A DNA stretch of 64,000 nucleotides from Heterodontus francisci. Its lineage: Eukaryota. The position numbers and the translations under genes are program-made. Position 1 is the stretch's first letter. Each line of letters opens with the position of its first letter. Below, piece by piece: positions 63,199 to 64,000 of this stretch. A model generated the notes under the pieces. It worked only from the letters and a program-made list of their open reading frames with translations. It was not told where the DNA came from and ran no database searches. The stretch lies in assembly GCF_036365525.1 (NCBI RefSeq), contig NC_090384.1, forward strand, positions 40,631,883-40,695,882, written 5' to 3'.

Positions 63199-64000
63199 AT
63201 GGGTGGTGCCTTGGCTGCTTCAGATTGGACCTCGAACAAAGATCAAAATGTCTATCAGCAGCAACAACAGTCAGTTATGAAGAGACATGCAGCTGGTGAG
63301 CAGAGAGGGAATCAGTAGAGAGAGGAGTGGCAGAGGAGTCGAGCTCGCAGGAGGCACTACCCACATAACAGGATGTACCAGTAGAGGCTCAGCTTCCTTG
63401 ATCTCTCGGAAGAGCAGTGCTTCCACAGGCTGAGGCTGCCCTGTCAGATGGTGCCAGACATCTGCAGCCTCCTAGAGGAAAACCTGCTCTCTGCCGGACC
63501 TGGTGGCCATGCATTACCAGTGGCTGTAAAAGTGACAACTGCCTTCAACCTGTTTGCCTGCAGATCCTTCCATGGCTCTCCAGGAAATATATCGAGGATC
63601 CCTCAGTCAGTTGCACACAAATGCAGAAGGCACGTCACTGATGGGTTGTTTGCCAGGGCTGGCAATTATATCAATGTCGCCTGCGATGGCAGCATTTAGA
63701 TTGAGTGGGTGTTTGTGTTTCCTAAAGGTGAAGGGCATCATCAACTGTACACACATGGCAATCTACATGCCCCCGGATCAACCTGAAGTATTCATTCACT
63801 GCAAGAGGTTCCAATCCATCAATGTGCAGCTTGAGTGCAACCACAAGAATAGATTTATGAGGTGTCTGCCAGATTAACAAGGAGTTGCTACAATGCCTTC
63901 GTCCAGCGGCAGTTCAAGCTCCCCCAGCCCTTTGGACCAGCAAGATGACTTAAGGGATGCCAGCTAGTACCCACTTCAAACTGAGCTAATGACACACATG
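63199..64000 (+). pseudogene. Decayed PIF/Harbinger (HARBI1-like) DDE transposase
   Basis: RLSFLDLSEEQCFHRLRL, HALPVAVKVTTAFNLFA, VKGIINCTHMAI (GAIDCTHV-like), KRFQSINVQLEC; stops and frameshifts; runs off the window. Confidence 0.85.

Noticed and set aside
61209-64000. A further upstream VWC exon
   Set aside because: No CCPxC-coding segment with splice sites was found; the next exon is probably outside the window.

Overview
Eukaryotic, repeat-rich vertebrate DNA. The V-SINE/HE1-like, DeuSINE-like and CR1 content points to a shark or other cartilaginous fish (inference). The only host gene I can support is a minus-strand spliced gene. I traced 17 coding exons by hand (61208 down to a TAG at 14539; 2543 nt, about 846 aa, 5' part outside the window), all with GT-AG sites and matching phases. 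The two most 5' exons encode [13 protein letters not shown]...CQ|LGEVSCE...LPGECC, which matches my recollection of the last VWC repeat of mammalian VWCE. Mammalian VWCE ends after a low-complexity tail. This gene instead adds another VWC, a 200-aa Ser/Thr/Pro linker, three more VWC repeats and a full VWD-C8-TIL module like KCP/BMPER. Its GDPH autocleavage motif reads GQSH and its C8 cysteine pattern is altered. The rest of the window is nested transposons (CR1, L2, RTE, Ingi/Vingi-like, Penelope remnants with hammerhead-like cores, solo LTRs, hAT MITEs, a decayed Harbinger transposase, SINEs) and tandem repeats. Most ORFs in the supplied track are transposon fragments or noise. Family names come from motif recognition, not from database searches, and repeat boundaries are approximate unless a TSD is given.
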